Shown piece by piece: positions 1 to 10,602 of a DNA stretch of 64,000 nucleotides. The translations under genes and the position numbers were made by a program. The DNA is from an uncultured virus (IMG/VR IMGVR_UViG_3300033141_004958) (lineage: Duplodnaviria; Heunggongvirae; Uroviricota; Caudoviricetes). The notes below the pieces were generated by a model. That model did not search any database, was not told the origin of the DNA, and worked only from the letters and a program-made list of their open reading frames with translations. Every line of letters starts with the position of its first letter. Positions within the stretch are counted from its first letter, which is position 1. The stretch lies in IMG/VR virus record IMGVR_UViG_3300033141_004958; one strand, 5' to 3'.

Positions 1-12
1 ACTATGGATCTA

Positions 13-1395
13 TTAACCAATAGCAGTTGATCCTTCAGTGATATTGCTACCGCTGCTAACGTAAGGAACGGTTGTGCTACCACCAGTTGTCGTCCAAGTA
101 CCCATGCTACCACCAAGGTCAACTGAAATGTAACGATAATAATTTTCAGCACCAAATAGGTTGGTTGCAAGAGCGTATCTTGACATTACGCCCATGCGTG
201 GGTTGAACGAATCTTGAGAAGTTGCACGACTAAGCATTATTGGTACGTATGGGCAGAAAACTAAGCCGGAGTCGGCACCGCCGGCGCCCTTATAACCAAC
301 AATTGCATAGTCATTAGTGTTCTCATACATATCGCGATAGACGGTAAAGCGGCCGCAGCGGCCAACTTTCGACACGCCTACCTGAGCAGTATTAATATCT
401 TCATCCACTACTGATGAAACGAATTCTGACATACTTTCCAGCATTGCGCAAACCCTCGGCGATGCAATAACCCAATTGCCGGCACCCCGACGGGTTGACC
501 GTGCAATATCATTACTTGCAGCAAGAAGTTTGGTGTAGAAAGTACGATAGATTTCTTGTTCCCAACGTCCATCGGCTCCCGGACCACCACCAGTGGTGTA
601 AGTCCAGGTATATGCGCCACCTGCTTGTGCTAATTGCTTGAGATAGTAAAGAACTTCTCTATCTATCTCAGCACCAATCTCATATTGGAGAGCATCAGCA
701 ATTTGGTCGCCAACACTTAGATTATGCATGGTTTCCAGGTCTTGATCTGTTTCAAGTGTCCAAAGTGCTCTGAGTTTGCGGCTCTTTGCGTAGATAACGC
801 TTGACTGTACCGTAACGGTTAAGTCATTCATTTGTGCGCCCGAAGCACCGGCGATTTCAGTAGCACTTTCACCAAGACGCTCTGCTTCGTACGTCCAATA
901 TGGGCCAGAATAGCCAGAAACAGGTGCGGTTGATGGGGCCCCAATCTCATTACCAGCTGTCGCGCCATCTGCCGTTGTGCCATAGTGGAACCGTAATGCA
1001 TATGCAAGTCCCACTGGGCCAGCCATTGGCTGAACAGCAACGAGTTCGTTGGTAATAAGAGCTGGGAAGATACGCCTTAGCATAGGCAGGACTATTTGCT
1101 TGTATCTTTCAATACCCGATATATCGGTGTCACCAACAGGAAAGCCGCCGGTTCCAACGGAACCAAATCCAGCTTCCTGAATCATTTTACGACCCGATTG
1201 GCTATTGAAGAAGCGATCGGTCGTATCAAGAATCTTCATGGTGTTCTCGCGAACATCCTTGTCCTTGATAGCCAACTCACCTTGTACAAGCTTGCCCCAC
1301 TTTTCGTATAGCCGATGGAGATCGTTTTGAGTCCATTGAGGAATATTTTGGATTTCCTCTTGGACCCGTCTACGACGCGATAGTCTCCGATTCAT
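13..1395 (-). CDS. gp23: Major capsid protein, T4 gp23 family
   Basis: Motifs VQPMAGPVGLAYALRF, AKSRKLRALWT, AEIDREV, TRRGAGNW, GYKG..DSGLVFCPYVP, SFNPRMGVMSRY; GAGGAGG RBS upstream. Confidence 0.97.
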   Translation of the reverse strand: MNRRLSRRRRVQEEIQNIPQWTQNDLHRLYEKWGKLVQGELAIKDKDVRENTMKILDTTDRFFNSQSGRKMIQEAGFGSVGTGGFPVGDTDISGIERYKQIVLPMLRRIFPALITNELVAVQPMAGPVGLAYALRFHYGTTADGATAGNEIGAPSTAPVSGYSGPYWTYEAERLGESATEIAGASGAQMNDLTVTVQSSVIYAKSRKLRALWTLETDQDLETMHNLSVGDQIADALQYEIGAEIDREVLYYLKQLAQAGGAYTWTYTTGGGPGADGRWEQEIYRTFYTKLLAASNDIARSTRRGAGNWVIASPRVCAMLESMSEFVSSVVDEDINTAQVGVSKVGRCGRFTVYRDMYENTNDYAIVGYKGAGGADSGLVFCPYVPIMLSRATSQDSFNPRMGVMSRYALATNLFGAENYYRYISVDLGGSMGTWTTTGGSTTVPYVSSGSNITEGSTAIG

Positions 1396-1509
1396 AGACG
1401 ACCTCCTCGTTACAAAAAGTTATCCTTATCTATTTTACTCCTTGTTAACGACCTCTCTGCCCCATTCAAATAGCAAAGATAGTAATTTCTGTATTTTTAT
1501 AATATCAAT

Positions 1510-2679
1510 TTATTTTGACATTACTGCATCAGCTACGACATCCCAATTAATAGCATCTGCACGCCAAAGATTTGACATTGTGTTCTTTACATATTGCCTG
1601 GCGTCCTTGATAAGCGTTTCCTTTGTCATTTCATCATCGACGAGATGACGTTCAAGATAGCTCGCAAGTCTCTCTGCTTCCGTTCTCCCGGATGTTAAGA
1701 ATTTAAGAAATTTCTTAGTATAACTATCGCGGGACTCTTTTATTTCAACATCTCGTAATTTTTTGTCATCTGGGCCATTGCCCGTTAAGCGTGCGGCATA
1801 TATCTCAACCGGATCTGGTTTTTGGTTCTCTCTAATAGCTTGTCTTGAATTTCGACGTATTCTATCGCGATCGACTGTTAAAGTGCCATCTGATAAGCTG
1901 CGACGTAGGCTACGTCTACCTGATCTCGATTCTCTTAGTGACCGACGACGAGTAGTTTTAGATCCGGTGGAATGCTGGATCAATGCATCAAAAAGAGACT
2001 CCCAAGAATTTTTTACCTCTTCGGCACTTTCCTTGGTTTCCAAAAGCTCCCGCATTTGGTCTCTATACTTAACGGGCAATTCACTAACAATCGTACTAAT
2101 TGCCTCGTTCTTTTGTGCCTCTTTTAGACGAGTAGCAAAATCTAGTTTTTCTTCAATCAGCTTTGATCGCTTTGCTTCGCTTTCTTCAAGAGCCATCTTT
2201 AGCTCTTCAACATATGATGCTGCTTCCGAATCAAGTCCAAGTGCGCTTTCAGCAAATGCGGTCCTAATTGAATCTATAATTGGCTCAAATGTTGCTACCT
2301 TAGCTTCGGCTATAAGTAGATCTTCAGGAATAGCATTATCAATGTAAAACTCAAGATATTTCGAAATGTTCTCGACCAGTTTTGCTATCTCTGATTCATA
2401 TTTCCTCTCTGTCTTTTGCTTATATGCTGCTAGCTCTTCGTCAAGAATTTTCATTACTTCTTCAACGTTTTCTTCGAAAATCTCCGTTGCTGCATCAGCT
2501 GCTTTGTCGGCAATTTCGGCCTCCGCCACTTCAACGGCTGCAGCAACTTTATCATCAACCTTTTCATTGAGTACTTCACCGATAAAGGCTGTTATCTCAT
2601 CGACAATCTTATCAGATACTGCATCCTTATCAAAGGCGGCTATAAGCATGGCCCGAACTTGCGTTTTAATTTTATCCAT
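1510..2679 (-). CDS. gp22: Prohead core scaffold protein (gp22-like)
   Basis: Acidic coiled-coil N-terminal half; lies between prohead protease and major capsid genes. Confidence 0.75.
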   Translation of the reverse strand: MDKIKTQVRAMLIAAFDKDAVSDKIVDEITAFIGEVLNEKVDDKVAAAVEVAEAEIADKAADAATEIFEENVEEVMKILDEELAAYKQKTERKYESEIAKLVENISKYLEFYIDNAIPEDLLIAEAKVATFEPIIDSIRTAFAESALGLDSEAASYVEELKMALEESEAKRSKLIEEKLDFATRLKEAQKNEAISTIVSELPVKYRDQMRELLETKESAEEVKNSWESLFDALIQHSTGSKTTRRRSLRESRSGRRSLRRSLSDGTLTVDRDRIRRNSRQAIRENQKPDPVEIYAARLTGNGPDDKKLRDVEIKESRDSYTKKFLKFLTSGRTEAERLASYLERHLVDDEMTKETLIKDARQYVKNTMSNLWRADAINWDVVADAVMSK

Positions 2680-2881
2680 CGCTCACCTCATTGTTTGGTT
2701 CCGTGTCGGGTTTACTATCTGCTTGTTCTGAATCTATATCAAACATAAACCGTGCAGTATCTGCAACTCTGTCAACAATACGATCTTCGATCTCTCTGGT
2801 CAGAAAACTTTCTGCCCCGGCATAATCCCCCGACTGAATGGCATTCACAAAATTTTTCAAATTTTTTTGATCTGCACACAT
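2672..2881 (-). CDS. Small acidic prohead core protein (gp67/gp68-like)
   Basis: 69 aa, GAGGAG RBS, sits between gp21 and gp22. Confidence 0.45.
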   Translation of the reverse strand: MCADQKNLKNFVNAIQSGDYAGAESFLTREIEDRIVDRVADTARFMFDIDSEQADSKPDTEPNNEVSDG

Positions 2882-2912
2882 ATAGCATTCTCCTCAATAG
2901 ATATATATAGCG

Positions 2913-3611
2913 TTACTTAGTAATTTTCTGTAAAAATTCTGAAAAAGTAGTAAGTTTTGTTTGATTTATATTAGATTTAGGTAGGTTTGCCAGTGCTTCC
3001 TCAAACCAATCATATGCTTCCTCTATAACTCGAATTCTTCCATCCTTGCTTTCTTGAATAATATACTCTTTATTTTCTCTCACTGCATCAATTAGCGCAT
3101 CCGGTTGAGATGGCGTGCCCACCAAATCATAAGCTATAATATCATAATCAGAGACAAAATCTACATTATTTCCAGTATTTTCATTCTTCCTCTCATTCAC
3201 AACACCAAGACCACGAGAACTAATACCAATAACAACATCGTCATTTATTAGAGTAGCTCCAATTTTTCCAAGAGGAGTGTTTAATAATCTTGCTTCTCCA
3301 ATGACAACATTGTCTTTCCAAAACAAGCGCTCAACGATATGAGATGCTCGTTCCAGATTAATCGATACACTTTCTGGGTGGTCTAATTCACCAAGTGATT
3401 GTTTCTTTGCAATCTTATTGACAGTATATGCCTCTACTGAAACATCTAAAACCGATTTGGGATATACGCGACCATTCTGATTCTCTATATCCGCAAAGTG
3501 AAATGGCCCCCTGAATCGCATTATGGGGGCGCCATTGCGTTTTTCGTTGATAACCTCAAAATCGCTAAAAGATAGCATTTCTGTTAAAAGCGTTCCTTTT
3601 TTTAGTGTCAT
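2913..3611 (-). CDS. gp21: Prohead protease gp21
   Basis: NQNGRVYP, LGELDHP, SH, TPLGKI, IGISSRGLG, YDLVGTPSQPDA motifs. Confidence 0.96.
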   Translation of the reverse strand: MTLKKGTLLTEMLSFSDFEVINEKRNGAPIMRFRGPFHFADIENQNGRVYPKSVLDVSVEAYTVNKIAKKQSLGELDHPESVSINLERASHIVERLFWKDNVVIGEARLLNTPLGKIGATLINDDVVIGISSRGLGVVNERKNENTGNNVDFVSDYDIIAYDLVGTPSQPDALIDAVRENKEYIIQESKDGRIRVIEEAYDWFEEALANLPKSNINQTKLTTFSEFLQKITK

Positions 3612-3623
3612 GGTGTCCTCCTA

Positions 3624-4019
3624 CTAACCACCAGCAAATATTTTTAGCGCGGCCAATATTAATGAAATTATGCTGGCTGAAATCGAAGATATTAATGCCA
3701 ACATGACTTTTCTATTTTTGCTTGAGCCGCGTAGCTCCGAAAGTTGTATTTGTATTGATTGTATTCGTTCATCTATGGCATTAAGCCATTGATATATTTT
3801 TTCCACATCCTCTTGAGTTAATGGGAAAAATTCCTTGTGTTTAGACATATATAATTGCAGTACATTAGTAACCAATGCCGAAATTTGATCGATTTCCTTC
3901 TTTGATAAATCTCGCTCTTTGTAAAATTCAGAAATTATATCGCGAACATAAAGTTTAAAATAATTCTCATCAAAATTAGCCAGAAATCCTATATGCGATG
4001 ATCTATTACCTTCGACCAT
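3624..4019 (-). CDS. Hypothetical membrane protein (coiled coil plus C-terminal TM; holin-like)
   Basis: C-terminal hydrophobic stretch VMLALISSISASIISLILAAL after a heptad-like segment. Confidence 0.5.
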   Translation of the reverse strand: MVEGNRSSHIGFLANFDENYFKLYVRDIISEFYKERDLSKKEIDQISALVTNVLQLYMSKHKEFFPLTQEDVEKIYQWLNAIDERIQSIQIQLSELRGSSKNRKVMLALISSISASIISLILAALKIFAGG

Positions 4020-4030
4020 AATTTTCTATC

Positions 4031-4462
4031 TTACCTCGTTGAAGAAAAGGCAGTAGCAAATATCCCACCCAGTAATACCAATCGTACAAGGGTGGATATT
4101 TCCCCAGGGCCATCTAGTTTTCCATTCTCCGGATTTTTGATTCGATTAAGTATTTCATCGTCATTCATATCCGATGTTAGTATTTCACATAGATTATTAA
4201 AATCTGAATCAATAATGATAGTATTGTTCGGAATATACAATAGAATTCGTCGCGCGATTCGCTTCGAATAAATATTGCGTATAAGGTCTTCACATAGTAG
4301 CGCATCGGCCCCAACATCAATAATAATGGTATCATATGTAAGCGATTCCAATGGAAAATCTAATACAAATTCTGGAGTCGCTTTATGAAAATATTGGGTT
4401 TCCTCGCGCATACGCTTAGAACGTTCTAAAAATGCACCATTACGAGTTATTATAAGGTTCAT
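4031..4462 (-). CDS. Hypothetical protein with C-terminal hydrophobic helix; weak receiver-like alpha/beta pattern
   Basis: In operon order; YDTIIIDV strand; C-terminal LVRLVLLGGIFATAF. Confidence 0.45.
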   Translation of the reverse strand: MNLIITRNGAFLERSKRMREETQYFHKATPEFVLDFPLESLTYDTIIIDVGADALLCEDLIRNIYSKRIARRILLYIPNNTIIIDSDFNNLCEILTSDMNDDEILNRIKNPENGKLDGPGEISTLVRLVLLGGIFATAFSSTR

Positions 4463-4482
4463 CTACTATAAACCCCCAGTTT

Positions 4483-6315
4483 TTAAAACTCCCTTGATGG
4501 AATTTCTGATATAATAAGTGTTGGAATGGCATCATAGCGAACATTCGGGATAGTATCATTATAGTGATAATTACTGCACATCGATACCCCATTAGTGCTT
4601 AAATCGCCACAAATAGCACAATTCCCACCCGAATTATTTATATAAGCATTAAATGTTACCTTAATAGTATGACTACCAGCTGCTAAATTATCTAAAACAT
4701 ATGTAAAATCACATATTCGAGGTAAACGCCCACTGGCAGGTCCCGCTACACGCGTCCTAAATACTACTACATCATCGACATATAGAAAAAATGCTTTACG
4801 GGTACCTTCAGACATTCTCGCTATTGCATGAAAGGCAACTTCTATCGGGCGACCATGTGTTGTTATAGTTTCTTCAAATATTGTTTCTTCGCCGCTTGCC
4901 CCAACTACAATATCTTCGAAGTTTGTCTTTTCAAACTTTTCTATTAATATCTTTTGCTCTAAGAAGCCTGCTTGTGTATCATCCTTATCCGCTAATACCA
5001 TACCTGGCTTTCTTGTTGAAAAACTTACATTTTTGTGGCCGCCAGGAGTTACACTCAATCCATTTATATAAAGGTCGGCATTAGTGACATTTGAAAAATC
5101 TAAAATAACCGTAATGCCCTCATTATCCGCATCAAGTGCTTGGACAAATAATGGTTCAGTAAAATATGCAACCCAACGACCCAATGGAATCGTCGATAAT
5201 GAAATTTTTTTCGATACCTCAAATACATCACTGTCCGAAGAATCCGCCGCGGATGAACTTGATGTTATTAATTTTAATGTCAATGTACCGGTTGTCGTTG
5301 CCGCCTTATATAACCATACACCCGCAGTCAAAGTTTTTCCAACAAATGCTTTTTGATTATCCATTGTTAGGGTTTGATAAATCGAAGGAGATGCACCGGC
5401 GGCCCCTGCGACATTTACCCATAAGGCATCGGTTGTTATTGCATTATCTAAAACGGGTGAAGTCATTGTTTCTATGCCAAATTCAGCTGATGAAAGTGTG
5501 CCGCGGTCTATATTATAATACAATGGATCGTCACCAGATGCTACAGTAGGAATTGATAGGGTTGGGTTTGCTACATAATTAATAGCATCATCTCTAATAA
5601 TATGTTTATATGCCGCCGAACCAAGACCGCAATCGTTGGTAAAATCATATAAGTCATCGATTGAAAAGTTATCATTCGTATAAGTATCGCTTAAGCAAGC
5701 ACCGGCAAATACCTTATTAATATATACATCATGTGTACTATTATTTTGAATTCGTAGTAATGCACTACCGGTGTCTTCATCAAATTGTCCCAGTGCAAAT
5801 AAGGTATAATAGCCATTATTATCGGGATTTGAACCAAACGCCGATGCCTGCGAAATTGTGGTAGTGGTCGATGATGATACCGAACCAATCTCTAAGACTA
5901 CATCTGCACTTTGGCCGCTTTCAGCCTGACAAGATACCGCAAATATTAATTGTTGCCCATTTAAAACACTTGGTATAACAACTGTTTGCTCAACACTATA
6001 TCCTGTATCATGTGCCGGATCGGATGCATTATATGTGGGACAGCCATATAGCACCATACGACCATTACTATACGAAAAAACAGAGTTGTCTATCTCCGAC
6101 TCATCATTCCGGCCCGTCCATAAATTAACGTTATCTTCTATAGATAGATTTCCCTCTACAATATTTTGGAAAAATTGAGAGTCGAGGCCGCTTAAACGTC
6201 TATATAGCCACAATACGTCTTTTAGTAAATCTACATGTGGCTGATTTGCTTCTTTCTCATGAACAAGGGTGTTTTCTGTTAACTTTGTAATATTTGTTAA
6301 AAAATTGTTAGGCAT
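4483..6315 (-). CDS. Probable virion structural / tail-fibre-like beta-rich protein
   Basis: 610 aa rich in S/T/G/N beta-strand segments; ADKDDTQAGFLEQKI motif of a type seen in phage tail proteins. Confidence 0.55.
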   Translation of the reverse strand: MPNNFLTNITKLTENTLVHEKEANQPHVDLLKDVLWLYRRLSGLDSQFFQNIVEGNLSIEDNVNLWTGRNDESEIDNSVFSYSNGRMVLYGCPTYNASDPAHDTGYSVEQTVVIPSVLNGQQLIFAVSCQAESGQSADVVLEIGSVSSSTTTTISQASAFGSNPDNNGYYTLFALGQFDEDTGSALLRIQNNSTHDVYINKVFAGACLSDTYTNDNFSIDDLYDFTNDCGLGSAAYKHIIRDDAINYVANPTLSIPTVASGDDPLYYNIDRGTLSSAEFGIETMTSPVLDNAITTDALWVNVAGAAGASPSIYQTLTMDNQKAFVGKTLTAGVWLYKAATTTGTLTLKLITSSSSAADSSDSDVFEVSKKISLSTIPLGRWVAYFTEPLFVQALDADNEGITVILDFSNVTNADLYINGLSVTPGGHKNVSFSTRKPGMVLADKDDTQAGFLEQKILIEKFEKTNFEDIVVGASGEETIFEETITTHGRPIEVAFHAIARMSEGTRKAFFLYVDDVVVFRTRVAGPASGRLPRICDFTYVLDNLAAGSHTIKVTFNAYINNSGGNCAICGDLSTNGVSMCSNYHYNDTIPNVRYDAIPTLIISEIPSREF

Positions 6316-6389
6316 CTATAACATTCCTCATAACACAGTTATATTATTAGTTTTACATCAATAGTATATATATAACAGTTTAATCAGAT

Positions 6390-6998
6390 TTACTCTTTTT
6401 TTATACGAGTTATCTCATTTCTTGACCGCATTGGTTCATAACATACCTTATCACCCAATAATTTTCTAATTTTTTCCTCAAATGCGCGCTCTTCGTCGGT
6501 TTTTGCGGATTCAGGAATAACAACATAGCGAAACTTTACTGAAATTGGCAAGGCGCGCGCTTGATTTATAACAGCATCGACATGAATTTGTTTACCTGCA
6601 ATAGGCGGCGACTTGAGACCAATTTCTATAGCATCTACTAAATTCGCATTTACAAATTCAACCATAGTTGCAAAATTAGTTCCATTGGTAAATATTTTTA
6701 TTGGTAGCCCATATTTATCTTTTACTGACTCGCATAGCAAACGTATGGTATTGGGATAGATAAGTGGCTCACCACCATTTATCACAAAACCATCATATAT
6801 ACAAGAGTCGGTAGACCCAAGATATTCAACAATTTCTGAAATATGCATTTGTTTGCGATAATCAATATTACATATTATATCTTTGTTGAAACAAAACCAA
6901 CAATTTAAGTTACATCCCCATACAAAAACCTCTAAAGAAAAATGACCGGAATAATCAATTGTTGTATCGATTATCTGTGCTACCGGCAATAACATCAC
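6390..6998 (-). CDS. nrdG: Anaerobic ribonucleotide reductase activating enzyme (radical SAM)
   Basis: GCNLNCWFCFN (CX3CX2C), NGGEPL, FTNG; immediately downstream of nrdD. Confidence 0.92.
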   Translation of the reverse strand: MMLLPVAQIIDTTIDYSGHFSLEVFVWGCNLNCWFCFNKDIICNIDYRKQMHISEIVEYLGSTDSCIYDGFVINGGEPLIYPNTIRLLCESVKDKYGLPIKIFTNGTNFATMVEFVNANLVDAIEIGLKSPPIAGKQIHVDAVINQARALPISVKFRYVVIPESAKTDEERAFEEKIRKLLGDKVCYEPMRSRNEITRIKKE

Positions 6999-8980
6999 AC
7001 CTTACTCCTCTCCTCATCATCATATTGTTTTCTACGTGGAGATTCATAGTCGCGCCGAGTTATATTCCAGCTTGATATAGGTGTTATGAAACCAACAACC
7101 CGTTCATATCGCTCCATATCAGCATTTCCACATTGTGGGCATGCTTCGTTATGCCCCATAGAAAAATGTCCGTTGCTACACACCCTAAAACTATAATTGA
7201 TAGCAAAATATACACATCCAGACTCAATTGCAGCGCGCGTTATTCGTTCCATTTGTTTTGGATTTAACGCATCCGTATCTGGAATATTTATATGTAAAAT
7301 ACTTCCACCGTCGGTATGTGAATCAAAATACCCCTGCATCTTTATTCTTTCGGAAAGTGGAACATCATGTATAAGCGGATAATATTGATTACTATATAAT
7401 TTTGGAGCATCGTCCCCAAGATTGAATACTATTTTATCTTTCTTAGCCAATCGGACTGCCATAGACTCGCCTGGAATTTGTTCCATGTTATACATATTCC
7501 CAGTTGCCCGTGCACGCTCATTATTTCTTTTTCCTATATACTCCAATATTCCACGAATGAGTCCCTTATATCGTCTTTTATCATCGAATTTTCCAAGTAT
7601 ACGTGCCATTTCAGGCACCCCTATAAAACCAACTGTACTATACTGACGGCGCAACGACATCCAATTATTACTATATAGTGGTAGATGGCCAGATTTGGCT
7701 CGCTCCTCGATGACACCACGATGAATGTCTAAGATGAGATATATATCATCGAGATTTTCCTTTATGCCATCAAGATACTTATCTCCATATTTATATGCAA
7801 TGTGCGGAAGATTTAGGCCGGCAACTCTATGGCTACCCACACTAATTCCACCTGAACCAAATGTATTCATATATCCCAGTGCAGGGCCGGCGGTATCGAT
7901 ATCAGATCTAAGTCTACAACAACTACTAAGGCTGCTTGTGGGTCCTACATAAATATTAAACAATCCCTTTTTTGAATTAACCCGCATTGCCCAATGAAAA
8001 AACTCTTCATCTAAAATCTTTTTATTATCATCCAGAGCAATTGCAAGCGTATGTACCGGAAAGGTAAATATTCCCTCTTTACCAAATATATCATTGAAAA
8101 ATTCTGCATATTGTTTTTGTAAAAACATTACACTATCAAAATCAGGCGTTGTACCATCAGGATATGTATAATCAGAAAATAAGGTCTTTAAGAACTCTCT
8201 ATCAAATATCGATACGTTCGCGAAGGGACTTTGGGCATTTCTAAACGGCCAATTAACGGAAAAAACAAAATTCTGTAATCTATTTTTTACCCATTTACCA
8301 AGAGTGCTATCTTGTGCATTTCCAGAAGAAAATATTGATGCATCCCATCTATCCCTATATTTCTCTCCAAACTCTTTACGTAGAAAATAATCCAAATCAA
8401 TAAGAAATGTTGGCAGTGCAACAGCTCCGGCAATCTGATTTGAGATATATGCTACCATTTGGATTACGATATTAATATATGAGTCTGGGTGTTGTGCAGG
8501 TTTAACATCAAACATTCCTACAGCAAACGACACGCCCTCATATAACAGTGGTTGAAGTGAAAAGGCATAGCAATATGGACGGGTTGGATAAGTCCAAAAA
8601 TCATTAACGAATATTTCCCCAGTTATAAGTTTTTCTATAATACGCTTTGCTCGCTCGGAGCCTTCTGCCTTCATAATTTGCTTATAGAGATAAAAATATG
8701 CATTAATATTTTGATGTGCTTTTGATATTTCGGTAGAAAATTGATCTACCGTCTTCTCTTTAACATTTGCATTAGGATCTACAGAGATATCAGCAACCGC
8801 ACCGCTGTTATTAAAAAAGTCTTTCGAAAACGACACAATATCAAGTTGCGATTCAGATATTCCACTTATTTTTAATAGTTCTTCTCCATGTTGTCTTCCT
8901 ATTTTTGCAATATATTCTAAGAATGATTGCATTCCGCGGCGAAGAACTTCATCAGAATGTATATTGATATTTTTATACAT
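6995..8980 (-). CDS. nrdD: Class III anaerobic ribonucleoside-triphosphate reductase
   Basis: PYCYA, QIAGAVA, QSPFANVS, FTFPV, SSCCRL, EQIPGES, CSNGH..CPQCG Zn site, RVVGF glycyl-radical loop. Confidence 0.96.
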   Translation of the reverse strand: MYKNINIHSDEVLRRGMQSFLEYIAKIGRQHGEELLKISGISESQLDIVSFSKDFFNNSGAVADISVDPNANVKEKTVDQFSTEISKAHQNINAYFYLYKQIMKAEGSERAKRIIEKLITGEIFVNDFWTYPTRPYCYAFSLQPLLYEGVSFAVGMFDVKPAQHPDSYINIVIQMVAYISNQIAGAVALPTFLIDLDYFLRKEFGEKYRDRWDASIFSSGNAQDSTLGKWVKNRLQNFVFSVNWPFRNAQSPFANVSIFDREFLKTLFSDYTYPDGTTPDFDSVMFLQKQYAEFFNDIFGKEGIFTFPVHTLAIALDDNKKILDEEFFHWAMRVNSKKGLFNIYVGPTSSLSSCCRLRSDIDTAGPALGYMNTFGSGGISVGSHRVAGLNLPHIAYKYGDKYLDGIKENLDDIYLILDIHRGVIEERAKSGHLPLYSNNWMSLRRQYSTVGFIGVPEMARILGKFDDKRRYKGLIRGILEYIGKRNNERARATGNMYNMEQIPGESMAVRLAKKDKIVFNLGDDAPKLYSNQYYPLIHDVPLSERIKMQGYFDSHTDGGSILHINIPDTDALNPKQMERITRAAIESGCVYFAINYSFRVCSNGHFSMGHNEACPQCGNADMERYERVVGFITPISSWNITRRDYESPRRKQYDDEERSKV

Positions 8981-10091
8981 CAATATCTCCTACTCTATGC
9001 CTTGCCTCTGGCCGAAAGCGCCATATATCTTCCAGTAATGTAGGCAATTGAAAAATCCCACACCTACCTTCTAAATGTATAAAATCAATCTCATCAATTC
9101 TATGTGCTGGTATATCTTCTATATTATTATAAGACTTTATTATTTCTTCTTTAAATTTCGCTGGTATCTTTCTAAAATCTATCAATGTTGTATTTGCTTC
9201 TACTTTTGTTTTGATTTCTGGAGATTTGAGCATATCATTTATTTCACCGCTTTCTATTAGTTTTTCTGCGCGTTTCGGCCCCACCCCCTTTGCAATGGAA
9301 GATATATTATCTGTTTTATCCCCTATCAATATATGCTGAAGGAGCAAATGCTCCACTGTTATATTTAATTCATCTCGTGTACCGGCTGCTACGATATTAC
9401 ATTTATTAGGATATATTTTATGTAGTAAAGTTGATCCACATCGCCGCGCATATAAGTTATTTGTAGTTGGAAGTAGTATTCGAAATTTATTATGAAGCGG
9501 ATCTTTTATGATAACATCATCATATCGTAATAATTGATTGTAATCTTTGTCACCCGCAATGATTATAGCTATGCGTACTGTATTATGCTCTTCTATGGAA
9601 AGATCCATATGGCGGGTTTGTATCCCGACAGCTATAATATCATCTGCTTCGCATTCTGGAACTATTAGTGGTTGAAGTGGGGTTGAAGTATTCACCAAGT
9701 CCTTAAAATCATCAAACCATTTATATAGTGCATTCCAAGCAATAGGAAAACTCTTACTCTTACTTCGACGATTATATTTATATGGTTTAAGGAAATCCTT
9801 TCTCCAGCAATTTGGCGAATCAAAAGCCAGAAAGATGTTTTGGATACTACATCCAACCCCCAACCTGGAGAATATATTATTAGGATTATGATTATCAAAT
9901 AAAGTTACAATATCCCGTAATTCTTTTATGAGCGATGTTAATATTAATTTTCCAAGAAATCCAAAATCATCTATAGGCCCAGTATTATCCCAGGATTTCT
10001 TGAGCACATTAACATGCACAAATAAATTCCGAAATGCCATATGATTAAAATCGATATATACATCAATTGGTATTAACATCTTTTTCATCAT
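8973..10091 (-). CDS. rnh: T4 RNase H / 5'-3' exonuclease
   Basis: FDSPNCWRK..YKYNR, EADDIIA, GDKDYNQL, GDKTDNI..GVGPKRA (H3TH). Confidence 0.93.
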   Translation of the reverse strand: MMKKMLIPIDVYIDFNHMAFRNLFVHVNVLKKSWDNTGPIDDFGFLGKLILTSLIKELRDIVTLFDNHNPNNIFSRLGVGCSIQNIFLAFDSPNCWRKDFLKPYKYNRRSKSKSFPIAWNALYKWFDDFKDLVNTSTPLQPLIVPECEADDIIAVGIQTRHMDLSIEEHNTVRIAIIIAGDKDYNQLLRYDDVIIKDPLHNKFRILLPTTNNLYARRCGSTLLHKIYPNKCNIVAAGTRDELNITVEHLLLQHILIGDKTDNISSIAKGVGPKRAEKLIESGEINDMLKSPEIKTKVEANTTLIDFRKIPAKFKEEIIKSYNNIEDIPAHRIDEIDFIHLEGRCGIFQLPTLLEDIWRFRPEARHRVGDIDV

Positions 10092-10602
10092 TTCCACCAG
10101 TATAAAACCCAGAACGTTTAACCAAATCTATCAACACATCCAATGCCACTAAAACAAAATCACCAATGCGCATATATGCTAAATTATCATTTTCATTGAT
10201 TAGTGTTATAAAATGGTTATATGCGGTAGCCGCCATAATGGGCGTCCTATTAAACTTAAATATCAATAAATAATGTTTATTGGCAAATTTAGCATCAGAT
10301 TTAACTTGTCCAAGCCAATTTAACAATAATTTACTATTTGATTTAAATAATGAAAATGGTTTAATACCATCCTTATAATACTTACATTCTATAACATATG
10401 GAAACTCTGGTGGACATATTATATCGCCTACAACCTGATTTTTTAATCGGTCCGGCAAATCATTTCGAATTTTCTGGTTTTTACCACCTGTATATGCTCC
10501 AGAATTTGGTACTCGTATAAATTTCTCATTGAATGCGGTTTCGAGAATATTTGCCACCCTACGCTCGAATGCTTTTCCTTTTTGCTTTGAATACTTAGGC
10601 AT
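10063..10602 (-). CDS. Holliday junction resolvase, Hjc-like PD-(D/E)XK nuclease
   Basis: SKQKGKAFERRVA, RVPNSGA, GDII, IECK. Confidence 0.85.
   Translation of the reverse strand: MPKYSKQKGKAFERRVANILETAFNEKFIRVPNSGAYTGGKNQKIRNDLPDRLKNQVVGDIICPPEFPYVIECKYYKDGIKPFSLFKSNSKLLLNWLGQVKSDAKFANKHYLLIFKFNRTPIMAATAYNHFITLINENDNLAYMRIGDFVLVALDVLIDLVKRSGFYTGGNDEKDVNTN

Noticed and set aside
1396..1509. T4 late promoter TATAAATA upstream of gp23 and other late genes
   Set aside because: Exact motif absent; only TATAAAAATA and a loose GTAAA..TAA pattern (also near 6350, 36463, 42954) are seen, too weak in AT-rich DNA to call.
6390..6998. This radical SAM as the missing QueE
   Set aside because: It overlaps the nrdD stop and has the IDYSG...VFVWGCNLNCWFCFN signature of NrdG-type activases.
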